From an uncultured Acidimicrobiia bacterium (GTDB lineage Bacteria > Actinomycetota > Acidimicrobiia > Spongiisociales > JAENVV01): a stretch of 64,000 bases of DNA. Both the position numbers and the translations under genes were made by a program. The DNA is taken from assembly GCA_964600365.1 (NCBI GenBank), contig CAZRJG010000003.1:30001-94000 (forward strand), given 5' to 3'. A model generated the notes under the pieces. That model was not told where the DNA came from, made no database searches, and worked only from the letters and a program-made list of their open reading frames with translations. Positions 45,884 to 54,828 of the stretch are shown here, in pieces. Every line of letters starts with the position of its first letter. Position 1 is the stretch's first letter.

Positions 45884-47077
45884 ATGGAGGCGCCGATCGA
45901 GTCCGTTGGGCACGGTGCCCTTGGGGTCGCCCGGGTGGAGGGGAAGGTCCACTTCATCCCCGACGCACTCCCCGGTTCCGTGGTGCGGTTCGTGGTCGAG
46001 GAGGACCGGGGGAGGTGGGCACGGGGTCGCCTCATCGAGGTGGTCGAGGAGAGCCCGTTCGCCACCGATCCCGTGTGCCGCCATGCCGATGAGTGTGGCG
46101 GATGCCAGTGGCAGCGGGCCCGCCCGGTGGCCCAGCGTGAGTGGAAGCGCAGGGTGGTCGTGGACCAACTCGAGCGGATCGGCCGGATCTCCTCGCCCCC
46201 CGTCGCACGGGTCCAGCAGGCTGGTCCGCCGTTCGGATACCGGAATCGGATGGACTTCTCGGTCGACTCGGATCGCCCCGCACTCCACCGCCGACGTTCG
46301 GATGCCTTGGTCGCGGTGGAGGAGTGCCCGATCCTCCATCCCCTCGTGGAGACGATGCTCGGCCTACGGGGGCTCGGCGGGCTCGACGGGGTCACGCTCC
46401 GGGGCGGGGTGCGCACGGGTGAGCGACTCGTCGTGATCGACGGCGACCTGCCGATGGAAGCCGAGGGATGGGGCGTGCCGGTCTGTCGGGTGGTGCGGGG
46501 CGCCGTCGAGCCTCTCATCGGCGAGCCCCACCTCAAGGAGGTGGTCGCTGGCGTGCCGTTCCGGATCACCGCGTCGGCCTTCTTCCAGAACTCGACGGAG
46601 GGCGCGGATGCCCTCGCAGAAGCGGTGGCGGCTGGGGCGGGTCGTGGCGGGACGCTCATCGACCTCTACGCAGGGGGTGGATTGCTCTCCTGCACGGTCG
46701 GTCGGCGGTTCGACCGCGTCGTGGCGGTGGAGTCGGCAGGCCTCGCCACCGACGACTTCGCCCACAACGCCGCCGGGCTCGACCACGTCGAGTTGCATCG
46801 CATGCGTGTGGAGGCCGCAGGGGACCTCGTCGGGGGCCTCACGGGGGCGACGGTGATCGCCGATCCTCCCCGCACCGGTCTGGGGAAGCGGGGCGTGGAG
46901 GTCATCGTCGGTGGCGATCCCGAGCGTGTGGTCCTCGTCTCCTGTGACCCGGGGTCATTGGGTCGCGATGCCCGTCTGCTCATCGACGCCGGCTACGAAC
47001 TCGTGGAGTCGGTCCCCCTCGACCTGTTCCCCCAGACCTTCCACGTTGAGGTGGTCTCGACCTTTCTGCGTCGGTAG
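45884..47077 (+). CDS. RNA m5U methyltransferase (RlmD/TrmA family) with TRAM domain
   Basis: TRAM N-terminus, Fe-S 'C.HADECGGCQWQ', 'YRNR', 'FFQNS', 'DLYAGGG', 'DPPRTG', catalytic 'VSCDP' and 'DLFPQT.HVE'. Confidence 0.9.
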   Translation: MEAPIESVGHGALGVARVEGKVHFIPDALPGSVVRFVVEEDRGRWARGRLIEVVEESPFATDPVCRHADECGGCQWQRARPVAQREWKRRVVVDQLERIGRISSPPVARVQQAGPPFGYRNRMDFSVDSDRPALHRRRSDALVAVEECPILHPLVETMLGLRGLGGLDGVTLRGGVRTGERLVVIDGDLPMEAEGWGVPVCRVVRGAVEPLIGEPHLKEVVAGVPFRITASAFFQNSTEGADALAEAVAAGAGRGGTLIDLYAGGGLLSCTVGRRFDRVVAVESAGLATDDFAHNAAGLDHVELHRMRVEAAGDLVGGLTGATVIADPPRTGLGKRGVEVIVGGDPERVVLVSCDPGSLGRDARLLIDAGYELVESVPLDLFPQTFHVEVVSTFLRR

Positions 47078-47162
47078 GCGCACCCGTTGACCGGCTTGTC
47101 CTTTGCCGTTCCCCCCTTGCCCTTGATAGGTTCCCCTCACCCCCGCATGGAGAACGATTGCA

Positions 47163-47660
47163 GTGCACATCTCACTCACGGTGAACGGTTCCCCGATCAC
47201 TGCCGATGTGGAACCGCGGACGTTGCTCGTCCACTTCATCCGAGAGGAACTCGGGCTCACCGGGACGCACATCGGATGTGAGACGTCGTACTGCGGCGCG
47301 TGCACCGTGCACGTGGACGGGAAGCCGGTGAAGTCGTGCACGATGCTTGCCGTCCAGGCGGACGGCCGCGAGGTACGCACCATCGAGGGCGTGGGGAAGC
47401 CGGGCGACCTCCACCCCCTCCAAGAAGGTTTCTCGGAGCGCCACGGGCTCCAGTGCGGGTACTGCACGCCGGGGATGATCATGTCGGCGCTCAACCTGCT
47501 CGAGCGAGACCCGGACCCGTCGGAGGACGACATCCGTCACGCCATCGAGGGGAACCTCTGCCGGTGCACGGGGTACTTCTCGATCGTGAAGTCGGTCGAG
47601 TACGCCGCAGCGGTGATGCGAGGCGACGAGCCCGAGCCCCCCGAGTGGGAGGCCCACTGA
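47163..47660 (+). CDS. coxS: (2Fe-2S)-binding subunit of a xanthine/CO dehydrogenase-family molybdoenzyme
   Basis: '[12 protein letters not shown]', 'LQCGYCTPG' and 'GNLCRCTGY'. Confidence 0.93.
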   Translation: MHISLTVNGSPITADVEPRTLLVHFIREELGLTGTHIGCETSYCGACTVHVDGKPVKSCTMLAVQADGREVRTIEGVGKPGDLHPLQEGFSERHGLQCGYCTPGMIMSALNLLERDPDPSEDDIRHAIEGNLCRCTGYFSIVKSVEYAAAVMRGDEPEPPEWEAH

Positions 47661-48502
47661 TGCACCCCCGCGCATTCGAGTACCTCGCCCCCGATTCGCT
47701 CGACGAGGCGTGCGCCATGCTCGCCGAGGACGAATGGGCCAAGGTCATGTCCGGGGGGATGAGCCTCATCCCCATGATGAAGCTCCGCCTCCTGTCCCCG
47801 ATAACCGTGATCGACATCGGGCGCATCCCCGGCCTCGACTACGTGGAGGACCGCGGCGACCACGTCGCCGTGGGCGGGCTCACCACCCATTCGACGGTGG
47901 CCGAGCACCCCCTCATCGCGACCCACGCCAACGCGCTGGCCCAGGCAGCCCGGTGGACCGGCGATGTCCAGGTCCGCAACCGCGGCACGCTCTGCGGGAC
48001 GATCGCGCACGCCGACCTCGCCGCCGACACACCAGTTGCCGCCCTCGCCCTCGGCACGACGATGGTCGCGATCTCGGTGCGGGGCGAGCGACTCATCGAC
48101 GCGGACGACTTCTTCGTAGACACCCTGCAGTCCGCCCTGGAGCCCGACGAGATCCTCACCGAGGTGCGCATCCCGGTGCGGCCCGGCGGCTCGGCCTATG
48201 ACAAGCTCGGCCGGCGTGGGGGTCACACTGACTACGCCGTGGCCGGTGTCGCCGTGTGGGTCGCCGATGCGGACGGGAGTGGCGCCCGGATCGCCGTCAC
48301 CGGTGTCGGCACGAAACCCCTCCTCGCCACCGGGGCGATGGAAGCCCTCGCCGGAGGCGCGGGGATCACCGAGGCGGCTGCCCGGGTCACCGAGGGGATC
48401 ACCGTGCTCGAGGACCTCTACGGGTCCGAGGAGTACAAGGCGCACCTCGCAACCGTGTTCACCGAGCGGGCGCATGCAGCCGCCTGCGCCAATGCTGCCT
48501 GA
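47660..48502 (+). CDS. coxM: FAD-binding medium subunit of a xanthine/CO dehydrogenase-family enzyme
   Basis: 'FEYLAPDSLDEA', 'MSGGMSLIPMMKLRL', 'GDVQVRNRGTLCG' and 'DLYGSEEYK.HL'. Confidence 0.9.
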   Translation: MHPRAFEYLAPDSLDEACAMLAEDEWAKVMSGGMSLIPMMKLRLLSPITVIDIGRIPGLDYVEDRGDHVAVGGLTTHSTVAEHPLIATHANALAQAARWTGDVQVRNRGTLCGTIAHADLAADTPVAALALGTTMVAISVRGERLIDADDFFVDTLQSALEPDEILTEVRIPVRPGGSAYDKLGRRGGHTDYAVAGVAVWVADADGSGARIAVTGVGTKPLLATGAMEALAGGAGITEAAARVTEGITVLEDLYGSEEYKAHLATVFTERAHAAACANAA

Positions 48503-48511
48503 GGAGGAACC

Positions 48512-49075
48512 ATGCACATCGACCAGGAATTCGAAGTCAATCGAGCCGCCGACCAGGTGTGGTAGTTCTTCCAGGACGTCCCCGAGGTCGCCAAGTGCCT
48601 CCCCGGGGCCTCCCTCGCCGGCGTTGAGGGTGACGGCCGCTACAAGGGATCACTCAGCGCGAAGTTGGGTCCGATGGAACTCACCTTCGAGGGGGTGGCC
48701 TCGGTCGAGGTCGACGCCGAGGCCCGTTCCGGAGTCATCGACGGCAGCGGTGCCGACCGCCGGGGTGGGAGCCGCGGCAAGGTGAGGGTCGCCTACCAGG
48801 TACACGATGTCGACGGCGCGACGAAGGTCACCCTGGGTGCCGATCTCACCCTTTCGGGACAGGCAGCACAGTTCGGGCGGGTTGGCCTCATCAAGGAGAT
48901 GTCGGGCCGCATCATCGAGGAGTTCGTGTCCTGCCTCGAGGCGAAGCTCGGTGCGGCAACGGTCGAGGAGGCCTCCTACGTGCAGGCGGAGGCGATCGAA
49001 GGGGGCTCGCTCTTCCTCGGATCGATGTGGTCGATGATCCTCCGGTTCCTCCGGCGTCTGTTCGGTCGGTCGTGA
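48512..49075 (+). pseudogene. coxG: CoxG/SRPBCC-family protein interrupted by an in-frame TAG at codon 18
   Basis: MHIDQEFEVNRAADQVW-(TAG 48563-48565)-FFQDVPEVAKCLPGA...KLGPM...GQAAQFGR.GLI is a CoxG pattern with one internal stop. Confidence 0.75.
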
Positions 49076-49683
49076 CCTCTGCGGGCGTGGCGGGAGCGCC
49101 TCGACCCCTCCTCTCCCAGCGGGCAGAGGACCGCCTCCGACCCCGCCAGAAGGAGATCCTCGATGACCTCGAAGCGCTCTTCCTCGCCGAGGGGTTCTCG
49201 CGGTTCACCGTCGGGGAACTCGCGTCACGGCTCGGCTGTTCCCGACGCACGCTGTACGAGTTGGCGCCGTCGAAGGAAGAACTCGTGCTCATCGTGCTCG
49301 ACCGTTTCCTGCATCGCGTCGGACGGAACGCGCTCGCCTCGATCGATCCGGATGCACCGATTGCCGAGCGGATCAGGGCCTACTTCCGCGGCGGGGAGGA
49401 GATCCTCCGCCAGACGGTGGCCTTTGCCGACGACGTGGCGGACGCGCCGACGGTCGGGCGGTTGCTCGAGCGGCACTTCCGGTACGTCGACGACGTCGTC
49501 GAGTCGATGCTTGCGAGTGGGATCGCCTCGGGCGAGCTGCGTGCTGTGCGACCCGAGCTCGTGTCCGCAGTGATCACCGGGGCCACGATGCACCTCGCTC
49601 GCCCCGATGTGCGTGAAGACGTGGGGCACGTGGAAGCCGCCGACGAGGTGATCGACCTCGTGCTTGCAGCGTTGCTCACCTGA
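49072..49683 (+). CDS. TetR/AcrR-family transcriptional regulator
   Basis: 'ILDDLEALFLAEGFSRFTVGELASRLGCSRRTLYELAPSKEEL' HTH. Confidence 0.9.
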   Translation: MTSAGVAGAPRPLLSQRAEDRLRPRQKEILDDLEALFLAEGFSRFTVGELASRLGCSRRTLYELAPSKEELVLIVLDRFLHRVGRNALASIDPDAPIAERIRAYFRGGEEILRQTVAFADDVADAPTVGRLLERHFRYVDDVVESMLASGIASGELRAVRPELVSAVITGATMHLARPDVREDVGHVEAADEVIDLVLAALLT

Positions 49684-49719
49684 TCGGAGGGCGCTCGGAG
49701 GCGGAGGTATCGTCGCCGC

Positions 49720-50517
49720 ATGGACGTTTCCGTCATCGCCTCCGACCTCGTCACGGAGCAGGAGGCCCTCGATGCGATCGTCGGGCCGCTCGCCCCCGAG
49801 GCATGGGACACGCCGACACCGAGCCCTCGGTGGTCCGTTGCGCACCAGATCGCACACCTCCTCTACTTCGACCGGGCCGCAGCCCTGGCGATCACCGATC
49901 CCCCCGCCTTCGCCGCAGCCAGTGCGCGGGATGCCGAGGGCATGGCAAGAGACATGGAGGTATTCGAGGAGGCGACCCTCGGGCCACTCCTCGCGCTCGG
50001 CGCTGGCGGCCTCCTCGATGCCTGGCGGGCGGGGAGGGCTGGGCTCGCTGAGGTTGCTGCGGGCCTCACGAACGAGTCCAGGGTCGACTGGTACGGCCCG
50101 TCCATGAGCGGGAAGTCGTTCTTGACGGCTCGGCTCATGGAGTGCTGGGCCCACGGCCAGGACGTCGTCGACGCCGTTGGAGGGGACCGACCTGCGACCG
50201 ACCGACTTCGCCACATCGCCCAACTCGGCTTCATCACCCGCGGGTGGTCGTACCTGAACCGTGGCGCTGCTCCTCCCGAGGACACCCTCCGGGTGGTGCT
50301 CGACGCCCCTTCGGGGGGCCGATGGGTGTTCGGCCCAGAGAATGCCCCGGTCGGGGTGGAGGGAGACGCCGAGTCGTTCTGCCTCGTCGTCACCCAGCGC
50401 CGCCATCTGGACGACACCGCACTTCGGGTCGACCACCGAGGCCGCGAATGGTTGCTCCAGGCGCAGGCGTTCGCCGGACCCCCCACCGAAGGCCCCCCAC
50501 AGGGAGGAAGGGCGTAA
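49720..50517 (+). CDS. TIGR03084-family (MDMPI/DinB-superfamily) metal-binding protein
   Basis: 'WDTPTPSPRWSVAHQIAHL', 'WYGPSMS..SFLTARLMECWAHGQDV', 'RHIAQLG..TR.WSY' and 'VTQRRH'. Confidence 0.88.
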   Translation: MDVSVIASDLVTEQEALDAIVGPLAPEAWDTPTPSPRWSVAHQIAHLLYFDRAAALAITDPPAFAAASARDAEGMARDMEVFEEATLGPLLALGAGGLLDAWRAGRAGLAEVAAGLTNESRVDWYGPSMSGKSFLTARLMECWAHGQDVVDAVGGDRPATDRLRHIAQLGFITRGWSYLNRGAAPPEDTLRVVLDAPSGGRWVFGPENAPVGVEGDAESFCLVVTQRRHLDDTALRVDHRGREWLLQAQAFAGPPTEGPPQGGRA

Positions 50518-50539
50518 CGGCCTTGGGGGAGCACCTCTC

Positions 50540-50592
50540 ACCCCCCTCCCGTTCGCTGCGCTCACGGGTCCCGTCCCCCCTGGAGGGGGGAC
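50540..50592. repeat. Short double-hairpin intergenic element (REP-like)
   Basis: CCCGT-TCGCTGCGCTC-ACGGG followed by GTCCCCCC-TGGA-GGGGGGAC. Confidence 0.45.
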
Positions 50593-50653
50593 CTGCGGAT
50601 GGGGACCTGGCGTACGCCCGACGCAGCCCGGCCTTCCTCCTACCCTTCCCGGC

Positions 50654-51244
50654 ATGAAGGTCGCTGCACTCGTCCTCGCTGCTGGGTCGTCGCGTCGTTT
50701 CGGGTCGCCGAAGCAGTTGGCGCCGTGGGGTGACGACACCTTGCTCGGCCACGTGCTGGGGAAGGTGGCCGGTTGGCCCGTCGACGAGACGTGGGTGGTG
50801 CTCGGCTCCGATGCGGACGAGATCCTCGATCGGATCGACATGGGCGACGCGACGGTCGTCGTGAATGAGTCACAGCTGGGCGGCATCACTTCCTCGCTGA
50901 AGGTCGGCCTCGACGCCGTCCAGCTCGGGGCCCGGGTCGATGCGGTGCTCATCGTGCTCGGCGACCAACCCGACATCCCCGACGAGGTGCCCGAGGAGCT
51001 CATCGAGGGCATGCAGGAGTCCCGCCTCCCCGCCGTCGTGCCCAAGTACCGCTACGAGCGGGGCAACCCCGTGCTCGTCTCTCGTCTCCTGTGGGAGCGC
51101 CTCATGAGCCTTGAGGGAGACGAAGGGGCAAGGGGCCTGCTCGCATCGCACCCCGAATGGGTGCACGAGGTGTGGATCGATGCCCTCCCTCCCCGAGACG
51201 TGGACACCCCGGACGACCACTTCGAGATGCGTCCCCGCACCTGA
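50654..51244 (+). CDS. mocA: Molybdenum cofactor cytidylyltransferase-like nucleotidyltransferase
   Basis: 'VLAAGSSRRFGSPKQL', 'SSLKVGL', 'VLGDQP', 'RGNPVL', 'GDEGAR' and 'DVDTPDD'. Lies next to cox genes. Confidence 0.8.
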   Translation: MKVAALVLAAGSSRRFGSPKQLAPWGDDTLLGHVLGKVAGWPVDETWVVLGSDADEILDRIDMGDATVVVNESQLGGITSSLKVGLDAVQLGARVDAVLIVLGDQPDIPDEVPEELIEGMQESRLPAVVPKYRYERGNPVLVSRLLWERLMSLEGDEGARGLLASHPEWVHEVWIDALPPRDVDTPDDHFEMRPRT

Positions 51245-51298
51245 CGCGATCGACCTCGCACCCGACTACATTCGGTTGCCCGTCCTGAGAGTGAGTTC

Positions 51299-51703
51299 GT
51301 GCCGTCAATCGACGCCATAGAGGGAATGGATCATCGTCACGCCACCACCCTCCGCAAGGCGCGGGTGCGCACGACCGAGGCGCTCCTGAAGCGGGCATCG
51401 AATCCTGCAGGCAGGAGCGAGCTCGCCGAGGCGACGGGGCTCTCCGAGGCGGATCTCCTGTCGTGGGCGCATCGCTCCGACCTGCTGCGGATCAAGGGGA
51501 TCGGACCCGAGTATGCGCTGATGCTCACCAAGGCCGGGGTGGAGACGCTCAAGGAGTTGCGCCGTCGCAACCCGGTGAACCTGGCCCGGCTCCTCAACGA
51601 CGTGGGTGCGAAGATGCCCTCCGTGCGGCGGGTGCCCACCGAGGACGTCGTCGCGTCGTGGATCCTCTCCGCCCAGACGATCGAGCCGTTCGTCGAGCGC
51701 TGA
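51299..51703 (+). CDS. DUF4332-domain protein (tandem HhH-like motifs)
   Basis: 'IDAIEGMD..HATTLRKARVRTTEALL', 'DLLRIKGIGPEYALMLTKAGVETLKELRRRNP' and 'RRVPT...V.SWI'. Confidence 0.88.
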   Translation: MPSIDAIEGMDHRHATTLRKARVRTTEALLKRASNPAGRSELAEATGLSEADLLSWAHRSDLLRIKGIGPEYALMLTKAGVETLKELRRRNPVNLARLLNDVGAKMPSVRRVPTEDVVASWILSAQTIEPFVER

Positions 51704-51706
51704 CGC

Positions 51707-51736
51707 GCGAAGGGCGCCCCGAGGGGCGCCCTTCGC
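51707..51736. terminator. GC-rich hairpin between convergent genes (bidirectional terminator)
   Basis: GCGAAGGGCGCCCC-GA-GGGGCGCCCTTCGC has 14-bp perfect arms. Confidence 0.75.
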
Positions 51737-51754
51737 ATACGGAGGAGGGGTGGT

Positions 51755-52438
51755 TCAGCGGGTCTTCGCCTCGGCGATCCACTTCTCGGCGAGCTCGGTC
51801 CGGACCTTGGCGGCCCCGGCGACCTTCTCGACACCAGCCTTCGCCAGCTTGGCGAGCGTGTCGATGTTGGCCTCCTTCAGGCGGGCGGCGTAGGCGGGTC
51901 CGATGCCGTTGATGGAGGTGAGGTCCTCGTCGATGCTCACCTTCTCATCGATGGCGACGACGGCCTCGGCGGCCTTCTCCTCGACGGAGCGCACGGTCTT
52001 CGTGGCCTTGTCGGCAGCCTTGCGGATGCCTTCGGAGGCCTTCTCGACCATGTCCTCGGGGGCGAAGTTCGCCCGCCAGTTCTCAACGAGGTCCTCGAGC
52101 TGGGAGCGAAGCCGTCCGGCCTGCTCCTGGATTTGCTCGAGCTGAACCCGCTCCTGGAGGTCCTCGACGACCTTCTGGTCCTTGAGGCCGGTGAGGAGCT
52201 CTTCGCCCTTCGCCGCCCAGGCATCGATGGCGCTGGTCAGTTCCTCGAAGGCCTTCGTCCGCATGGCTTCGGCCTTCGCGGAGACGTCCACGTCTTTGAG
52301 TTCGCTGCGGCGGGTCTTGAGGTGCTCGCCGGTCGAGCGCATGAATGCAATCGACTTCTCGGCTGCCATGAAGGGGGCGCCGATGGAGGCGAAGAACGTC
52401 CGCTCGATGTTGGTGCGGAACTTCTCCTGAGTGGTCAT
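51755..52438 (-). CDS. HbhA/TadA(MLDS)-like coiled-coil protein with C-terminal helix-hairpin-helix domain
   Basis: 'FFASIGA' and 'WAAKGEELLTGLKDQKVVEDLQER' resemble HbhA. C-terminal 'DLTSINGIGPAYAARLKEANIDTLAKLA' is HhH. Lies directly downstream of an Rv0474-like HTH gene. Confidence 0.65.
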   Translation of the reverse strand: MTTQEKFRTNIERTFFASIGAPFMAAEKSIAFMRSTGEHLKTRRSELKDVDVSAKAEAMRTKAFEELTSAIDAWAAKGEELLTGLKDQKVVEDLQERVQLEQIQEQAGRLRSQLEDLVENWRANFAPEDMVEKASEGIRKAADKATKTVRSVEEKAAEAVVAIDEKVSIDEDLTSINGIGPAYAARLKEANIDTLAKLAKAGVEKVAGAAKVRTELAEKWIAEAKTR

Positions 52439-52785
52439 GTTGACTCCTTCTCGGTGATGGTTTGCGTCGCCATGGTGCGGTAGAGGTCGATGAGGATCTT
52501 CTTCTCCCGCGGGGCGAGTTGCGGGTCTGCTTCGACAGCTTCTACGACGCTCGCGGTGGCCGACTCGTCAAGGAGCCCCGCTCGCTGGTAGAGCGACTCT
52601 GCCTGGAGGCTGAGTGCTCGGGCCAACGACTTGAGGATCTCGGCCGAGGGCTTCCTGAGGCCCCGTTCGATCTGGCTCAGGTAGGGATTGGAGATCCCTG
52701 CCTTGTCGGCCAGCTTGCGGAGCGACATCGAGGCCTGTTCCCGCTGTGCGCGGATGAAGGCGCCGATGTCCGTGTGCTCGTCCAT
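52435..52785 (-). CDS. XRE-family HTH regulator (Rv0474/MLDSR-like)
   Basis: 'DIGAFIRAQRE...SLRKLADKAGISNPYLSQIERGLRKPSAEIL..LA.AL..QAE.LY.RAGLL'. Confidence 0.92.
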   Translation of the reverse strand: MDEHTDIGAFIRAQREQASMSLRKLADKAGISNPYLSQIERGLRKPSAEILKSLARALSLQAESLYQRAGLLDESATASVVEAVEADPQLAPREKKILIDLYRTMATQTITEKEST

Positions 52786-52837
52786 GTGGTAGCAGTATAC
52801 AGCAGAGTGCTTGCAACTGCAAGCAAATGCTGAGGGG

Positions 52838-53920
52838 CTACCTCCCGGCGACCATCTCGTCCAGTGCCCCTTGCACGGCCGTTCGGGTCGCTTCCGCGCA
52901 CTCGAGGACGGTGAGGCGATCGGCGTTGGGTGGGACGTGGATGGGCGGGAGGAATCGGATGCGCCACTTCACCGGGAGGGGGATGGGATTCAGCCAGACG
53001 GCCAACTCGTCGACCCGCTGGTCGGGCAGGAAGAGTCGGACGAGGGTGGCGAGGCGCCTCGAGGTGAAGAGGACGGGGTGCGTTTCCTCCGACCCCACGA
53101 TGGCGACCGGGATGATCGGCGCGGCATGCTGCGAGGCCGTGGCCGCAAAGCCGCCGCGCCCGAACCGGACGGTCTGGTAGGTCCCCTGTCCGCCCTTCTG
53201 GAACCCTGCGACTCCCTCGGGGAACACGCCCAGCAGGTGGCCGTGGTCGAGGATCCAGTCGGCCTCCTCGGCCGACGCGTATGCGCCCCCCGACCGCCGG
53301 AAGAGGTTGCCTGCGAACGGCAGCATGTTGAACAGCTCGGTGCCGATGATCCGGACCCGTCGGGGAATCGCGGCCTCATTGGCCACCGCGAGCTGCAGCA
53401 TGAATGCGTCGTAGGGGAGGGCGGCACCCGCGTGGTTGGGGACGACCAGCGCAGGGCCCTCCATGGGCACGTGGTCGATCCCCTCGACGGCGACCTCGAA
53501 CCAGTCGCGATAGAGGAAGTCGAGGAGCCACCAGACGATCTCGGTGGCCACCGGGTCGGCACCGAGGGGATCGGGGTCGTAGGAGGCGAGCCGCTGGTGG
53601 CGTCGCAGGGTCGGCCAGGTGTCGGGTCCGAGTCGGCCGAGCGCGGGAATGGTCACGTCGCCGATGTCGGATCCCCCGTGGAGGACGCACCGCTGGCCGT
53701 CCCGGACGGGTGGGAGGTCGCAGCGGGCGCCGTTGGGGAGGCGTCGCGTGCATTGGTCGTCGAGGGAGAGGAACCGCCCCCACGGCGCCTCGGGACGCGC
53801 CGTGAGCGACTCCAGGGCTGCGATGAGGTCTGCCTTGCGCATGGAGGAGTGGCCCGCGATCCCGGCCCGGGCGGCCATGCGACGAAGGTCGGCGACGGTG
53901 CGATCTGGGAGGTCGCTCAT
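52838..53920 (-). CDS. Lysophospholipid acyltransferase (Rv0502-like) with N-terminal Rho_N-like and Cys3His modules
   Basis: 'TVADLRRMAARAGIAGHSSMRKADLIAALE', then 'CTRRLPNGARCDLPPVRDGQRCVLHGG', then 'NHAGAALPYD', 'GVFPEG', 'FGRGGF' and 'PIIPVAIVGSEE'. Confidence 0.8.
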   Translation of the reverse strand: MSDLPDRTVADLRRMAARAGIAGHSSMRKADLIAALESLTARPEAPWGRFLSLDDQCTRRLPNGARCDLPPVRDGQRCVLHGGSDIGDVTIPALGRLGPDTWPTLRRHQRLASYDPDPLGADPVATEIVWWLLDFLYRDWFEVAVEGIDHVPMEGPALVVPNHAGAALPYDAFMLQLAVANEAAIPRRVRIIGTELFNMLPFAGNLFRRSGGAYASAEEADWILDHGHLLGVFPEGVAGFQKGGQGTYQTVRFGRGGFAATASQHAAPIIPVAIVGSEETHPVLFTSRRLATLVRLFLPDQRVDELAVWLNPIPLPVKWRIRFLPPIHVPPNADRLTVLECAEATRTAVQGALDEMVAGR

Positions 53921-54828
53921 GGAGCCCCCCGCAGCCCCAAGGCGACCGAGCGGGTGGAGTGCGCAGGCGTCCACCCGAGCGAGCCGAGTCGGCGGGTGTC
54001 CAGCACACGCCCGTGCCTGAGCAGCGAACGGTGCTGGGAGCGGACCGTGAGGCCGCCCCGGGCGAGGAGCCGGTGTGCGGCATCGAGGTGCGGTGATGGA
54101 AGGGGTTGGGCCCTGCGACCGGCGAGGCGGATCACCTGTGAGAGGTAGAGGGGATGGTCCGGGGCGATGTTCCAGGTCCCATCCAGGCCGCGCTCGAGGG
54201 CGAGGTGGATGGCATCGAGCGCGTCGTCCGGGTGGAGGAACTGGACGAGCGGGTCGAAGCCGAGGAGCACCGGCACGACCGGGAGCCGGAGGAACCGGGC
54301 CAATGGGGTGTCGGTGGAGGGTGAGAGCAGTTCGGCGAATCGGAGGATGGCGAGGGGAATGCCTCGTGCCTCGGTGAGTTCGCGCGCGTACTGCTCGGCC
54401 TGGCGGAGCGCGCGCCCGTGTCGGGTGGCCCGGCCGCCGAGCCGGGAGGATTCGACCGCGAGGATGGGGCTGCGATTCCCCGTCCCATACACGTGGCCCT
54501 CGCTGCGCATGACGATCGATCGGAGCGAGCCGAGTCGCTCGGCGGCGCCGAAGAGCGCCTGGGTGCCGAGGATGACCGATTCACGGGCACGATCCGAGCC
54601 GATGTCGTCGGACCGGTCGATCGTCGCGAGGTGGATGATCGTCGTCGGTGCCATCTCGACGACGAGGTGCGCGAAGTCGAGCGACTCAAGGGGGATGGTT
54701 TGGACGGAGCCTGCCGGGTCGGCGTGGTCGTCCACGGCGAGCACCTCGGTGTCTGCTCGCCCGCTGAGATGGGAGATGAGCCGCGTCCCGACTCGGGACG
54801 CCGCCCCGGTCACGAGCACGCGGTCCAT
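53917..54828 (-). CDS. NAD-dependent epimerase/dehydratase family (Rv0501-like)
   Basis: 'VLVTGAASRVG', 'IHLA', 'VYG', 'LGFDPLVQFLHPDD' and 'GTWNIA'. Confidence 0.85.
   Translation of the reverse strand: MDRVLVTGAASRVGTRLISHLSGRADTEVLAVDDHADPAGSVQTIPLESLDFAHLVVEMAPTTIIHLATIDRSDDIGSDRARESVILGTQALFGAAERLGSLRSIVMRSEGHVYGTGNRSPILAVESSRLGGRATRHGRALRQAEQYARELTEARGIPLAILRFAELLSPSTDTPLARFLRLPVVPVLLGFDPLVQFLHPDDALDAIHLALERGLDGTWNIAPDHPLYLSQVIRLAGRRAQPLPSPHLDAAHRLLARGGLTVRSQHRSLLRHGRVLDTRRLGSLGWTPAHSTRSVALGLRGAP

Noticed and set aside
48563-48565. Pyrrolysine recoding or an alternative genetic code to explain the coxG TAG
   Set aside because: No pyl genes or tRNA-Pyl are seen, and TAG terminates many genes here normally (e.g. 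9185, 23005, 31835).
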